Assembly (NCBI GenBank): GCA_000004985.1
Contig: GG738881.1
Strand: one strand, 5' to 3'
From: Naegleria gruberi
Taxonomy: Eukaryota
DNA: 64,000 nt
The position numbers and the translations under genes are program-made. The notes under the pieces were generated by a model. The model saw nothing but the letters and a program-made list of their open reading frames with translations. It made no database searches and was not told where the DNA came from. Shown in pieces: positions 1 through 10,970 of this stretch (the stretch's first letter is position 1; each line of letters begins with the position of its first letter).

Positions 1-1468
1 GGATCTTCGTTTAACCAGAGTTTTAAAATATGGAATAGCTCTATCATTATTCTCAAAGTATTGATCATATTCAGGTGTATTAGAATAAAATGCAACAAAA
101 TCCAAACAGTATTCTTTGATTTGATTCAAATAGGAATTATTGTTATCAGAATCTCTATTCTGATAATTAGTAATTGTGTAGACAATATTTAACACACTTT
201 TCATATCGATCATGGAAATAATTGATTCCAATAACTCATTTTGAAATTTAGACATTTCATTTGATACTTTATCCAATATAAATAATACAAATAACTTTTG
301 TTTGATAGTTGTAAATGTGATTTCTGGATTGTAAATTAATTTATCTATCAGTAATTGTAATATTTCAGATTCACTATTGTTAAGTGATCGAATAAACTCC
401 TCATTTAGCAATACATTTTCCAAGAATTTAGGTGCAATAATATTAATGATATCTTTAAAAACAATAATGTGACTATTTGGTAATTTGTCATATTCATATT
501 TCTTGAAATGAATTATTTGTAAAATTTGTTCTGGTAAGATCAAGTCTTTGTCAACGATAATATTAGGTTGGCATAACAATAATTTAGCAATTTCAAAATG
601 TTGTTTCTCTACAGTGATTCTTAATGGATTCTAATGGCATTAATTGACTAACTTATAGATATACCTACATCCTTATATTTTTAGAATCAATGATATTATT
701 GACACTTACTTTCTAATATATTATTAAAAACAATATTTTAAACTAAAACTTACTTGCTAATATACTTTCAATATTAATATTCATATTCAATACTTACTTT
801 CTAATTTGTTTTTAGAATTAGACGAAGCTATTACTTACATACTGATATTGTTAAATTTAATAAAATAATCATTACTTACAAGCTAAAAACAATTAATATT
901 AAACTAATTTAATACTTACTTCCTAATAAACTTCAGACTACCAAAAATATTAATGTAATACATACGTACTAATTGTGTTAGCACAATTAAACATTTACTT
1001 ACAACCTATTTAAATTAATAATTGTATAATGATTGAATACGTACATACTATGTATTCAATAGTAAAAACACGATTGATTCGACACTTACTTTCTAGAAAA
1101 TTGTTAATATGCAAATAAATATATAATACTTGCTTCCTTATAATTTACTAGTAAATAATAGAATTGTAATTAATACTCACAGACTTAATTATTTAAATAA
1201 TTATTTAAATAATAATTTAAATACTTACTCCTAAATTGACATCAACATTCGGGACAGTCAACAATAATTTAACGATTTCCAAATGTCCCCTCTCGCAAGC
1301 TACATACAACAAGGTTTTTCCCAACGAAAATACCTTAAATTGGTAAGAATTGAAATAAAAATCATTAATGATCGGAGCCAAATCAAACTTTAACAATTCA
1401 GCAACATTTCCATCCTCCACCACTTGTAAAATTTTGTGTTTGTCAACAACTTCCACACCTCTTCTCAT
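1..1468 (-). CDS. Ankyrin-repeat protein, partial. The gene runs off the window start. The 5' coding exon is 1468..1229 and the large 3' exon is 630..1. They are joined through the intron/microexon array at 631..1228.
   Basis: ORF 1217..1468 holds an ankyrin consensus (LLYVACERGHLEIVKLLLTVPNVDVN). A GTAAGT donor follows ...NVDVNLG directly. The minus-strand frame 630..1 is open with no start and translates NPLRITVEKQHFEIAKLLLCQPNIIVDKD... (next ankyrin repeat), preceded by a CCATTAG acceptor. The frame is continuous across the putative splices. Confidence 0.6.
631..1228 (-). other. Tandem array of 11 short introns (37-84 nt) separated by ten 3-nt in-frame spacers (putative 1-codon microexons).
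   Basis: On the minus strand the pattern (T)TAG-NNN-GTAAGT recurs ten times. The 3-nt spacers lie at plus 710-712, 754-756, 798-800, 839-841, 880-882, 920-922, 1003-1005, 1090-1092, 1135-1137 and 1181-1183. Donors are GTAAGT eight times, GCAAGT once and GTGAGT once. Acceptors are TAG, CAG or AAG. Interior sequences of the units are unrelated AT-rich DNA. Phase 0 is kept throughout, linking ...NLG to NPLRI.... Confidence 0.5.
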
Positions 1469-1880
1469 TTTTTTCTAGAACGTGATTGGATGAAACTCAT
1501 TAATTGTAAGTTGACACGATAGTTAACGTGTTTCATCAGGAGTATTTCCATTAATTGATATTTTGCATTTCATAGAGTGTAAATGGATGATGTGAATTAT
1601 CATTCTCCGAAATATTTTCTTGAATTGTCACTTGTCCAAAATTTACAAAATATTATATTTTAGCAAACAATTGTATGCACCGACAATTATTTCCAAAACA
1701 AATCCTTGCAAGTTGTTTGGAATATCTTCCTCATTCAATGCAACTCCGTCATCAATATCCAATAGTACCTTTCGAATTTGTTCTTTGGACCATAAACATG
1801 CGCATGTTAAGGCAGCAAAGGCTCTTATTGTTCTTTTGTATTTATTTTTACAATGAAATATCTGCAACAAGAAAAAAAGT

Positions 1881-1954
1881 TGGGGTCAGTGAGGATCGAA
1901 CTCACGACCTTAGGATTATGAGACCTACGCGCTACCGACTGCGCCATGACCCCT
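1881..1954 (-). tRNA. tRNA-Met (anticodon CAT), elongator type.
   Basis: Reverse complement reads GGGGTCATGGCGCAGTCGGTAGCGCGTAGGTCTCATAATCCTAAGGTCGTGAGTTCGATCCTCACTGACCCCA. The cloverleaf has a 7-bp acceptor stem and a GTTCGATCC T-arm, and the anticodon loop is CTCATAA. The D- and T-arms are near-identical to metazoan elongator Met. An oligo-T run (A-run at plus 1872-1879) sits just 3' on the minus strand. Confidence 0.9.
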
Positions 1955-2049
1955 ACACAGTAATAATAAGAAATTACAAGTCCTTGATGAATAGGTTTCC
2001 TAAAGTGAAAGCGTAGGTTATTGAATAATTTTATGATTCTAAATTCCTC

Positions 2050-2619
2050 TGGATCAAAGATTGTAATGAGAAGTGGATGGAAAGGAATTTATCTCTTGCT
2101 GTGGTTAAGGAAACCCGCTCAAAACGACCATTCTCTCCGTGCATGTGTATGGCCATTTTTCTGAAATAACAAAATTAAATACTTAATCGAAATGAAATTC
2201 ATATGTTTTTAAGGATTTACATGTAGGAAATGAAATCCTTACAATGCATATGATTTTTTACACTGATAAATGCAATAATACTGTTGGTCAATTGATAGTT
2301 GATAAGGAAGTTTGCGTCGCGGACTTGGGAAGCCAAATTATTACATCCGCACGAAAGTGTTCAAAAACCAATAAAAAGCTTGTTGACCTTATTGGATGAG
2401 ATGGTTGCTGAGGAAAACAAAGTGGCTGCACGATTTACCATGACTGGCACACATGACGGTGTGTTTATGGGAATTCCAGCAAGTGGAAAGAATATTTGTG
2501 TGAAAGCCTCAAATTTTTACACGTTTAAGGATGGTCAGATTGTTGAAGAGTATGGCCAACCTGATTTATTGTCGTTGTTGCAACAAATTGGTGCCATCCC
2601 ACCAGCCAAATTGATTTAG
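2050..2619 (+). CDS. SnoaL-like / ester-cyclase-family protein (bacterial-type). The terminal exon 2299..2619 is secure. An upstream exon around 2050..2148 is tentative, and a possible frameshift makes this a possible pseudogene.
   Basis: ORF 2299..2619 encodes ...DEMVAEENKVAARFTMTGTHDGVFMGIPASGKNICVKASNFYTFKDGQIVEEYGQPDLLSLLQQIGAIP, the conserved C-terminal half of the ester-cyclase fold. It is preceded by a ...CAATTGATAG acceptor. The upstream frame at 2050-2148 (CNEKWMERNLSLAVVKETRSKRPFSP) resembles the N-terminal half but has no clean ATG or junction. Confidence 0.45.
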
Positions 2620-3529
2620 AATGGCTCTTGTAACTAGTGATAATCTACAACCTGTATAAATAGTGGAAAATTCTCGACTTTCAAATGGGTTGAAGAAACG
2701 AACCAGCTCTACCACAAGCTTGTTTGCATAAAATATTTGAATAGAAAGGTGAGAAACCTCAAATGTGGCATTTGTTTTCTCTCAACTAGTGGAATTGTTG
2801 AAATGTCACTTATCTAAATAAAACTTGAAAAAAATTATCGACCTACTTTTTGACATGCCACTTTGCAACAATTACAAGTCATTTATTTCGGCGTTTGGCT
2901 CGGAAAATCAATTATTTTAATAATTAAAAACATGTGAATTTTTATAAAATTGAAACCTTGCTGAACCAAACACTGAAATAAGTGAGTAAATCATCACGTC
3001 CTATTTTGAATTATTTTTACTATTAAATATTTATTTTATAAAATCCCGAATTAAATCTTTCATCGAATGATTTTTCATACAATCCATCAATGGGTGTTTT
3101 ACTGCCTAATTTCAAAATATCACAATGTGAATACTTATACTTTTTGAATAAATAATTTTTTTATTAGGTCACCCATGTGACAATTTTACTTCGGCAAAAA
3201 TAATATTCTAAAAGATTCGGTGTAAAAATACATGTTCAAGCCAAATTTAATGTTTAAAAATAAAAAAGCAAAAAGAGAAAAAATTAACAAGATTTTTCTC
3301 CCTCTCAGAGGCTTTTTATAAAACTCGCATACAACAACACAAAAACAACAAGAAGAATATATAATATTATATTCAACCAACACACTTACACTTTGAACAA
3401 ATATTTGAGAGTGTTTGTTACGTACCCACAACAATAATAACAGCAAAAATAGTCTAGTGGTAATAGCTAAGAATTTAAACCGTTAGAAAACACAATTGTA
3501 TCATATACTCTGCAAAGAAGGACAACAAA

Positions 3530-4296
3530 ATGGATACCACTTGTTATCAGGTAAGGAATTATAATAGATAGATAGGAGACGAAGAGGATTGGATGATTGG
3601 AAATTTATTTTGGTTTTCTTCGTATTATGCAATTTGATGATGAAATAATAATAATTAATTTAATATGATGATAATTAACAAAACAAAAAACAATATTGAA
3701 AAACAATTTAAAAAAACAATAACATGGCAACTATGATCAGGAAGCACAAATTGCCAAGTCATTCATCTCAAACATTTACGATAGTTGGAAAGAAGGAAAA
3801 AAGGATGAATTACAACAATACTATAATGAAAACTCCAAGTTAAGCTGGAATGGACTGATATATAAAGGCATTGATATCATGAAGCTTTTCATGAACATCT
3901 ATCAAAGATTTACTATTACCTCGATAGATTGTCAACCAATTGGTATGTGGTTATAGAGAAATACTCATCAACTGACTCAACAATTAAGACAAGGAACATT
4001 TACTGATCAACGTGACTGGAATTGTAATTTATGATGGAGATAACAAGACAGCTAAGCTATATTCACATCAGATAGTTCTAGAAAGCAAGAATACGAATGG
4101 AACAATAGGAGTTTGTGTAGTTTTAGAAAACTTTAGATGGCTTGCTCCATGCAGTGTGAGAGCAGAACAAGAAATGGCTGACAAACCACAAAAACAACAT
4201 ACACCTAGGAGACAAAATACACCACAAAGAGGAGGTTTCCAAAAAAAGAACTTTTACACTCCTGGAAGAAATCCAAAGTTTCAAAATCAAGAATAA
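3530..4296 (+). CDS. NTF2-like domain protein with a short basic, RGG-containing C-terminal tail. Three exons: 3530..3550, 3741..3942 and about 3989..4296.
   Basis: Exon 1 is ATG GAT ACC ACT TGT TAT CAG followed by GTAAGG. After a 190-nt intron ending ...GATCAG, exon 2 gives EAQIAKSFISNIYDSWKEGKK...NSKLSWNGLIYKGIDIMKLF...SIDCQPI. A GTATGT donor lies at 3943 and an AATTAAG acceptor at 3988. Exon 3 gives DKEHLLINVTGIVIYDGDNKTAKLYSHQIVLE...FRW. Order and spacing match the NTF2 fold (the DHQPTPDSCIISMVVGQ region). Confidence 0.7.
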
Positions 4297-4468
4297 CATG
4301 TAAAAAATATAAACTAGAGAGCTAATTTATTTATTTAAATTGGAAACAAAGTATTTTATTTGTCTTGACTGAATTGAGAAAAATGTTTTATTTAGATAGA
4401 TTATTACCTGTGTGTCTTTACTGCATTTGCATTGAGAAAAAATTCTAATATTTGTTTATGAAGATTAA

Positions 4469-6085
4469 TTACAAAATAAATTGATTCTGGTTCACAGAGA
4501 GAATCATCAATACTCCATCTCCTTGATCTGAAGCTTGTTGTTGAGATTTTGCAATATTAATTTCACTGTGATAATAATCATCTAGAAATGTAGTTGCTTT
4601 GAATCCAAACTTGGTGTAGAGTCTCTGAGCTGGTAAATTGAAAGAGGAAACATGTAATTGAATCCACAAACACTTCTTCCAATATTGAACAAATCCGCTT
4701 TGCATAGTTGGATAGTTATTCCAATATTTACATTCCTCTTCCTCAGTGTCAGCTATTTGGTCAACATTGACAATAACATGTTCATTAGAATTTAAAGATG
4801 AAACATAGTATGTTGTTTCAGAGGTATCTAAATTGCAGGCATTCGTCGTTGGTGTGATTGAATATTGAGAGCTTTGTACTTCATCATTCATTGATCTCCA
4901 CATCCAAGAATAGGTCAGAACATGTTGAATGGTAAATCTTAACAATTCCTGCCCAATTCCATTCTTTCTCAAATCTGGATGAACTGCAAATGAGGTAATT
5001 TCACATCGTTGCTTCTCCTTATTAATATTATAGGTAATGTAACCTGCAACAATGAGAGATCCAAAAATGTTGGTGTTATTCCTAGTACAAGCAACCCAGG
5101 TGAAATTATCAACTGGTTTTTCATGATTATTACATAGAGATTGTTTAAATGCCTGATAGAGATACTTCTTATCTAGTGGTTTTGAAAAGCAAGAGCATTC
5201 AATATCGTACAATGCCTCAAATGTTTGATCTGAGAATGGATAAATGAGAATATCTGCTGTCTTTTCTGTTGGACGAATATCAATCGAGTTGGAAGGAGAA
5301 TTATTTACATGATTTACATCCAATTGATTGGTTTGATCTGGTAAAATATCATTAAAATTGTCAACATAGATACTTTCAGCAATTCTTCTTGGTCTTTTCA
5401 TAATTGGAAGAGCTGATTGTAAGAATACATGATCAGACGGATGTGAAAATGATGAATTATTCGTAGTACTGGAATCAGTTCCACTCGTTACAGACATTGT
5501 ACTGACATTTAGCATCGATCCAGTTGTCTTTCTAATATGATTCTTCATACAAGTTGAGCACAAATCGAAATCTCTACAATTCAAACAGTGAAATCTCGTT
5601 CCATGAATGCTACACTCACATCCATCACAAGTAACACCCTTGTGAACTATCTTCCCCTGAACTATCTGAACTTGTTCCAAATTAAATGAATCAATTGGTT
5701 TGGTAAATAATTCATAATCTTTACAGTATTGATCAGCAACAAGCACTCCATTCTTTGATATTTTCTTATCCAATAATCCAATTCTTTCCAAAAGCGGATA
5801 TTTAAATTTTCTATTCAATACCAAAGCAAAACAATGTCCCTTTTTCTGATGATGTTTACCTTGTTCCTTTTTACAATTTAAACAGAGAGTATAGGCTGTT
5901 TGTTGAGAGGAAAGCGAACAATTTAAACAAATGGACATGATTTGATTTTCATTGATTTTTGATTTACAATTTTGACATGTACATTGATCGCTCCGATGAT
6001 GAATATCATTATTGAGAGGATGACCGGTCGAGGAAGAAAAAATGTGATTTCGAGAAGTAGCAGCAGGTTGGCGCAAATTGTTCAT
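4469..6085 (-). CDS. ZZ-type zinc-finger plus GNAT-family N-acetyltransferase protein (538 aa, single exon).
   Basis: Uninterrupted 538-aa ORF. The ZZ finger is CDGCECSIHGTRFHCLNCRDFDLCSTC. The C-terminal GNAT fold has the acetyl-CoA motif ...VHPDLRKNGIGQELL... and ...TKFGFK.... The N-terminus has further Cys clusters. Confidence 0.8.
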   Translation of the reverse strand: MNNLRQPAATSRNHIFSSSTGHPLNNDIHHRSDQCTCQNCKSKINENQIMSICLNCSLSSQQTAYTLCLNCKKEQGKHHQKKGHCFALVLNRKFKYPLLERIGLLDKKISKNGVLVADQYCKDYELFTKPIDSFNLEQVQIVQGKIVHKGVTCDGCECSIHGTRFHCLNCRDFDLCSTCMKNHIRKTTGSMLNVSTMSVTSGTDSSTTNNSSFSHPSDHVFLQSALPIMKRPRRIAESIYVDNFNDILPDQTNQLDVNHVNNSPSNSIDIRPTEKTADILIYPFSDQTFEALYDIECSCFSKPLDKKYLYQAFKQSLCNNHEKPVDNFTWVACTRNNTNIFGSLIVAGYITYNINKEKQRCEITSFAVHPDLRKNGIGQELLRFTIQHVLTYSWMWRSMNDEVQSSQYSITPTTNACNLDTSETTYYVSSLNSNEHVIVNVDQIADTEEEECKYWNNYPTMQSGFVQYWKKCLWIQLHVSSFNLPAQRLYTKFGFKATTFLDDYYHSEINIAKSQQQASDQGDGVLMILSVNQNQFIL

Positions 6086-6157
6086 TTTTTTCTTTGGTTG
6101 TTTACAATCTCTTCTATTTTTGAATCAGAGTTCATGTAAAATCATAAGAGGACAAAA

Positions 6158-6238
6158 CGTTGAGGATGGGATTCGAACCCACGCGGATTACTCCACCAAC
6201 TTAGCAGGCTGGCGCCTTAACCACTCGGCCACCTCAAC
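6158..6238 (-). tRNA. tRNA-Ser (anticodon GCT).
   Basis: Reverse complement reads GTTGAGGTGGCCGAGTGGTTAAGGCGCCAGCCTGCTAAGTTGGTGGAGTAATCCGCGTGGGTTCGAATCCCATCCTCAACG. It has the long variable arm typical of Ser and anticodon loop CTGCTAA. A T-run terminator follows (A-run at plus 6151-6157). It lies about 70 bp upstream of the ZZ-GNAT start codon. Confidence 0.9.
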
Positions 6239-6377
6239 TTACGATTTAATCTTTAAAATGGCAAACAGAACTGTAACACTTACAACCTTAGTAATCTCTG
6301 GAAATTCTATGCTTCAGAGGATAAAGATAGCAATTATTATGCAATATTATCCTCCAGAACTGGTAGACAGTTTATTC

Positions 6378-9300
6378 TTAAATATCTTCTCCTGCTGGAC
6401 TAATCATTATGGAAATCTTATCCAAATCATTGCCAATAGATATGGAAGACCTATTTGGACGCATCACAATTGGATTCACATGATGTTTCTCCTTTACAAG
6501 ATATGTTTTACATTCACCTTTTCCTTTTACCGAAACTTTTCTTTCTTCAAATTCGAATAAATCGTATGTTCTTTCGTAGGTACTTCGAGAAAGTTGGATT
6601 CGTCCTGGTACCCCAGTAGATTCCATTCTTGAGGAAGTATTGATGGTATCTCCCCATAAGTCTGTTTTTAATTATAAATATTCAATATTTTTGTAACAAA
6701 TTGTAATGCATAGTTAAAATATCGAAAAACATACCATAGGCAAATTTCTTTCTTCCAATCACACCAGCAATAACTCCTCCAGTATTCAATCCAATTCTAA
6801 CATTCAATTGTGAATCTAAATTTTCAGAATTATATGAACGGATTACTGACAAGGTGTCAATTGCAAATCTCAAAGTTCTTTCTGGATGATCGGATTGAGC
6901 ATTCACACCATGCAATCCTCCAACACAAAAATACGAATCCCCAATTGTTTTTATCTTTTCCAAATTGTATTTATCTGTCAAATCATCAAATCCGTTTACA
7001 ATTCTATTAAGCATTAGAACTAGCTCAGAAGGATTCATGTTAGAACTCAAATTTGTAAATCCAACCCTAAATAGATTATTTTCTAATAAATTCAAGGAAC
7101 TTACATATCACTGAAATAACAAGTAATGTCAGAAAATCTTTCGGCAATGAAAGTTTCTCCATTTTTAAGTTTCGTCGCAACTTCTTCTGGAAGAATGTTC
7201 CTTAATAAATTTTCAGAATTTTTCTTCTCCTCCGCAAGTAAACTATTCTGTTTCTTTTCCATTGTAATGTCCTTAATAAATAGAGAAACAAATGAGCTAT
7301 TGTTAATTTCAGTTCCAAAAATGCTCACTTTGGCGGGAAATTTACTCGAATTCTTTCGAATACAATCAATTTCCAATACTTCTCCCAATTCATTTTCTTC
7401 CCCTTTCGTATGGTATTTGAATTCGCCAGTTGCTTTCTTCATCAATTCGTGAAAAGACGGATCAAAGAGTGTTGTGAAGGATAAACCCAAAACGTCAACT
7501 GCTGATTTTCCAAACATTTTCTGAGCTGCAATATTGATAAATGTCACTTCTCCTCTTTCATTACATGTGACAGCTCCTTCTACCATTGAATTGAGAAGAT
7601 TCTTAATGGCATCGTCATATTCAGTCTTTCGTTTCACATGTGAACTATTAGAAAGTGTATTATTCACAATGAAATTCTTCAAAATATCATTCGAATCTAA
7701 ATAATCTATTGGAATGTAATTCAAAAACGTTCTCAATGTGGTAATATCATAATCAGTTGTGTGAAAGCTCATATAAATGTAATAATTAAAAGCAATCAAG
7801 AAGAAAAATCCAAACACAAAGAATACAATACTAATCACTTTCGATGATGAAGTAGAAGAAAGTGTTGTCAACAATTCCAATAATCTCTCAATCATTTCAT
7901 CTGTCATGTTAAATATACTGAGATAGTACAAAAAAGTGTCAGGTGCCTTTGCATAGAATGGATTCAAAATATCTTCATTGAATTTTGAACACAAATGAAG
8001 AACAGTTGCAACTAATTCTTGTAAATCATAACACGTTCCATTTAGACATGTAAGTGGAGCAGTAATTACCTCGTCAACTCCTGGATATTTGTTGAATATT
8101 GAGCTTGTCAAATTTCCACCGAATAAAAGTTCTGCAAATTGAGATTGTGCTTCAGAAATGTAGATGCGATTATCAGAGTGGTATGTATCTAGATTGGATT
8201 GATTGGCTAATGCAGGATCGTTAACAGAATGCCCTGACTTGATACCATAAAAGGCAAACAATTCACCCAATCGGACATTTAATCTTGTGCAAGCTCTTAT
8301 CACTGATGTGGCTGTGTCCACATTGACCATGGCCTGAGATGACATGGCCACATTCAGATTATTTTCCACATACATAAATGAAATACAAAGTGAAAATACT
8401 ATTAAGGAAAGAAAACCAATACTAAGGGACATGAATTTTGGACTAACTACCCTTCTCAAATGTTTCACTTCCTGAGTGGACCGTTTTTGAAGATCATGAT
8501 AGACGGATCCGACGAATTCTTTGGGAATCTTACTGAATAGGTTGATTATTCGAGAAGATTTAGACATTCCAATTCTGGAAATTATTAAAAATGTTCCATA
8601 AATGATAATTAATACAAATGTGGAAGTAAATAAGTAAATTCTCAAAATTCTATCAAGTAGCAAATTCTGAGCCCTCTTTCTAATCTGAAATTTTGAACAA
8701 AAAAGACCATTCGCCTCACTTGCAGCTCTTCTATTAAGGTAAGTATACATAAATTCATAAGATTTGATCGTTTCATTGTAATTCTTCCAATTGTAAATAA
8801 TTTTCGTGTTGGATATGAATTCTCTCGTCAACTCACTCATGGAAATGTTCTTCTTGTAGCTCGTCGTGTAAACTCTATCACTGGTGCTTACACTTGCTGT
8901 AGGAACAACAATCGGATTAATCACAGCTTTGTAATCTTCAACCATTTGTGTTGTAAACTGTGGTGATATTGAATTAGCAGCTAGATTTTGTAAATATTGC
9001 AAAATCCTTTTCAATCTACGTTGGTGATTATTCAGAAAATATTGAATAGTTTCATATTCAGAGGAATTCACAGCTGGTTGACTAATATTTAGATTATTGT
9101 AAAGCTCATTGTAAATTTGTCCCATTCTCACTTCACGCATCAAACTTGAAGGACTCGTTCCAGGTAAGCAAGAATCCAAAGATAATGGAATTTCCGTAAC
9201 TAAACTTCCCAAAACAATGCAAAGAATGAATGCAATTAAAAGTAAAACTATCTGAAACAAGGCTAAACCAATTAATGTGTAATTTCGTACTTTGGATTGA

Positions 9301-10970
9301 TAGGGAGTGTTAAGAGCGTTTCTAATAAAGAGATGTTTCTTTTCTGTGGATCCAGCCACTTCAATTCCTTCAAATTTTTCCTCCTCCAACTCAATCATGG
9401 TATTTCGTCTATTTTCTAATAAAGTATTTGGAGGTGTAATCATACTATTGGCAATACTAAAATGCTTTTCAGTTTTTGGTTTCGTCTTTTTCTCAAACTT
9501 TTTAACAATTGGCTGAGCTTTCGACTCTTCCTCTTCCAACTGAAAAGCTTGTTCGAATAAATCAGCAGCTGTTTCCTTGTCAAACTTGAAATTCTCTAAA
9601 TAACTTGCATAAAACCTCAACACTGTCTTATCGTGTTTAAAATTTGTCATTAAATGTTTAAATCTCTCATCACAATACAAGGTCAATGCAGTTGTACGAG
9701 AGATTAGTTGATTGATCTTAATTTCATTAGGTAGGTCAGAAATTATTTCCTTCCAAAACATGCGATGGATTGACCACAACTCATCCTGTTGTTTTTCCAG
9801 ATCGTGGAGCATGGTTTTGATTTCTACTTGATTAATTCCGTGAGTTTTAGTTGAGCTGTAAACTTCAATTTCTTTCATTCTTTCCATAATTAGAATTCTT
9901 GTCCAGCCATTGTTACAGAAGCGTTTTGCCTTTTTTAGAATGTAGGTAGCATAGGAAGAACTGTTTTCATCGTTCCAATANNNNNNNNNNNNNNNNNNNN
10001 NNNNNNNNNNNNNNNNNNNNNNNNNNNNNNNNNNNNNNNNNNNNNNNNNNNNNNNNNNNNNNNNNNNNNNNNNNNNNNNNNNNNNNNNNNNNNNNCCAAT
10101 TCGTTGTCTCCACACTCGTATCCTACTATGGACCTTTCCTTTCAAAGTTCTAAACTCGGTCACAAGTATGGCCATGAAGATAAAGTACATGGCCATGAGA
10201 ACACTAGTAATGGCAATTTTCGCCGTATATCCAATTGCATCCAATGAAAGTGTGATAGGATAATTGAGTACACGGAACACCCAACTAGCATACTGTCCAT
10301 ACGGATTTTCCTTAATATAATTGGTATTCGAAAGTGGATAATTACTTCTCTCTGAAGAAAGTGTTGGAAATATCAAATTAACCCAATACATGTACATGTA
10401 GAAACCAAAAATCAACACCCTCTCAAACATTCGAATCTCAGTTTCACTCGTTTTCACAGTCAAGTAAAAGTTTGCCAATTTTTCATTGAATAATTGAAAG
10501 ACTGAAGTTGGTGCACCACTCGAAGTTGTTAAAACATTATTGAAAGAGGACATGTTATCGGATGCTGTTGCTGGATTATTTCCTCCTCCAACTCCTGCTA
10601 TGGATAAATCGTACTGTGTATTTGTTGCTTGTGTTGGGCTGACAATTTGAATATTAGTTGAATTGTTATTGCTAATAGGAGTGGTTATTATGGTTGTGGT
10701 TGTGGAGTTTTTGTTGTTGTTGTTGTTATTCAGCTGATAAATTCCGCTACCACTCGAGGAATTAAGGAAATTAATATTGTTATTGTGATTAACATTGTTA
10801 TTGTTGTCGTTTGGTAATGTTGGAGAGGAAGTTAATGTAATTAGTGGAATGCTCATATCATCGCTTGCTTGTTGTTGAAGCATCGTCGTTGCTAAAGTAG
10901 AGACTTGTGGTGAAGATGAAGATGAAGAAGTGTTATCAACAATATTGCTCATCATCCTATGTTTTTTCAC
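6378..10970 (-). CDS. Multi-pass membrane class III nucleotidyl (adenylate/guanylate) cyclase with a PAS domain. Exons are 10970..7105 (interrupted by the assembly gap), 7066..6735 and 6661..6378.
   Basis: The 1289-aa ORF has many hydrophobic segments and a PAS-like block (VTCNERGEVTFINIAAQKMFGKSAVDVLGLSF...) followed by a coiled-coil region. It ends ...ERFSDITCYFSD|GTAAGT. After a 38-nt intron, exon 2 gives (M)VGFTNLSS...GDSYFCVGGLHG...RIGLNTGGVIAGVIGRKKFAY|GTATGT. After a 73-nt intron, exon 3 gives DLWGDTINTSSRMESTGVPGRIQLSRSTYE...KGKGECKTYLV, the canonical cyclase catalytic motifs. Confidence 0.8.
9981..10095. other. Assembly gap (115 N) inside the large cyclase ORF.
   Basis: Literal run of n characters. 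The ORF track shows X residues at this position. Confidence 0.99.

Noticed and set aside
631-1228. Microexon array considered as a simple minisatellite / tandem repeat.
   Set aside because: Unit interiors share no sequence similarity and differ in length (37-84 nt). Only splice-site motifs and the 3-nt spacing recur, so a repeat-expansion origin does not explain the pattern. It is kept as a finding rather than labelled a repeat.
1620-2016. ORFs 1620..1856 (+), 1643..1870 (-) and 1675..2016 (+) around the elongator tRNA-Met.
   Set aside because: They overlap or abut the tRNA gene and its terminator, with no recognisable domains. The minus-strand one could conceivably be an upstream exon of the ankyrin gene, but no consistent splice joins it to the ATG-containing exon.
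3186-3446. Minus-strand 86-aa ORF in the AT-rich spacer upstream of the NTF2-like gene.
   Set aside because: Low-complexity translation (LLLLLW..., FLFLN) in a promoter-like AT-rich region.
6078-6560. Plus-strand 160-aa ORF spanning the tRNA-Ser gene and the antisense of the cyclase terminal exon.
   Set aside because: It overlaps a confident tRNA and a confident coding exon on the other strand. No domain and no start context.
7126-7452. Numerous 60-130-aa ORFs antisense to or overlapping the large genes, for example 7126..7452, 9307..9516, 12343..12666, 12789..12998, 14041..14379, 18935..19318, 22696..22884, 25901..26293, 26375..26722, 26427..26765, 32608..33332, 35700..36095 and 48833..49100.
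   Set aside because: They lie inside or antisense to strongly supported coding regions and have low-complexity or repetitive translations. These are typical frame artefacts of AT-rich, repeat-rich coding sequence.
9981-10095. N-run considered as a possible biological feature.
   Set aside because: It is an assembly gap. It only limits confidence in the cyclase gene model.
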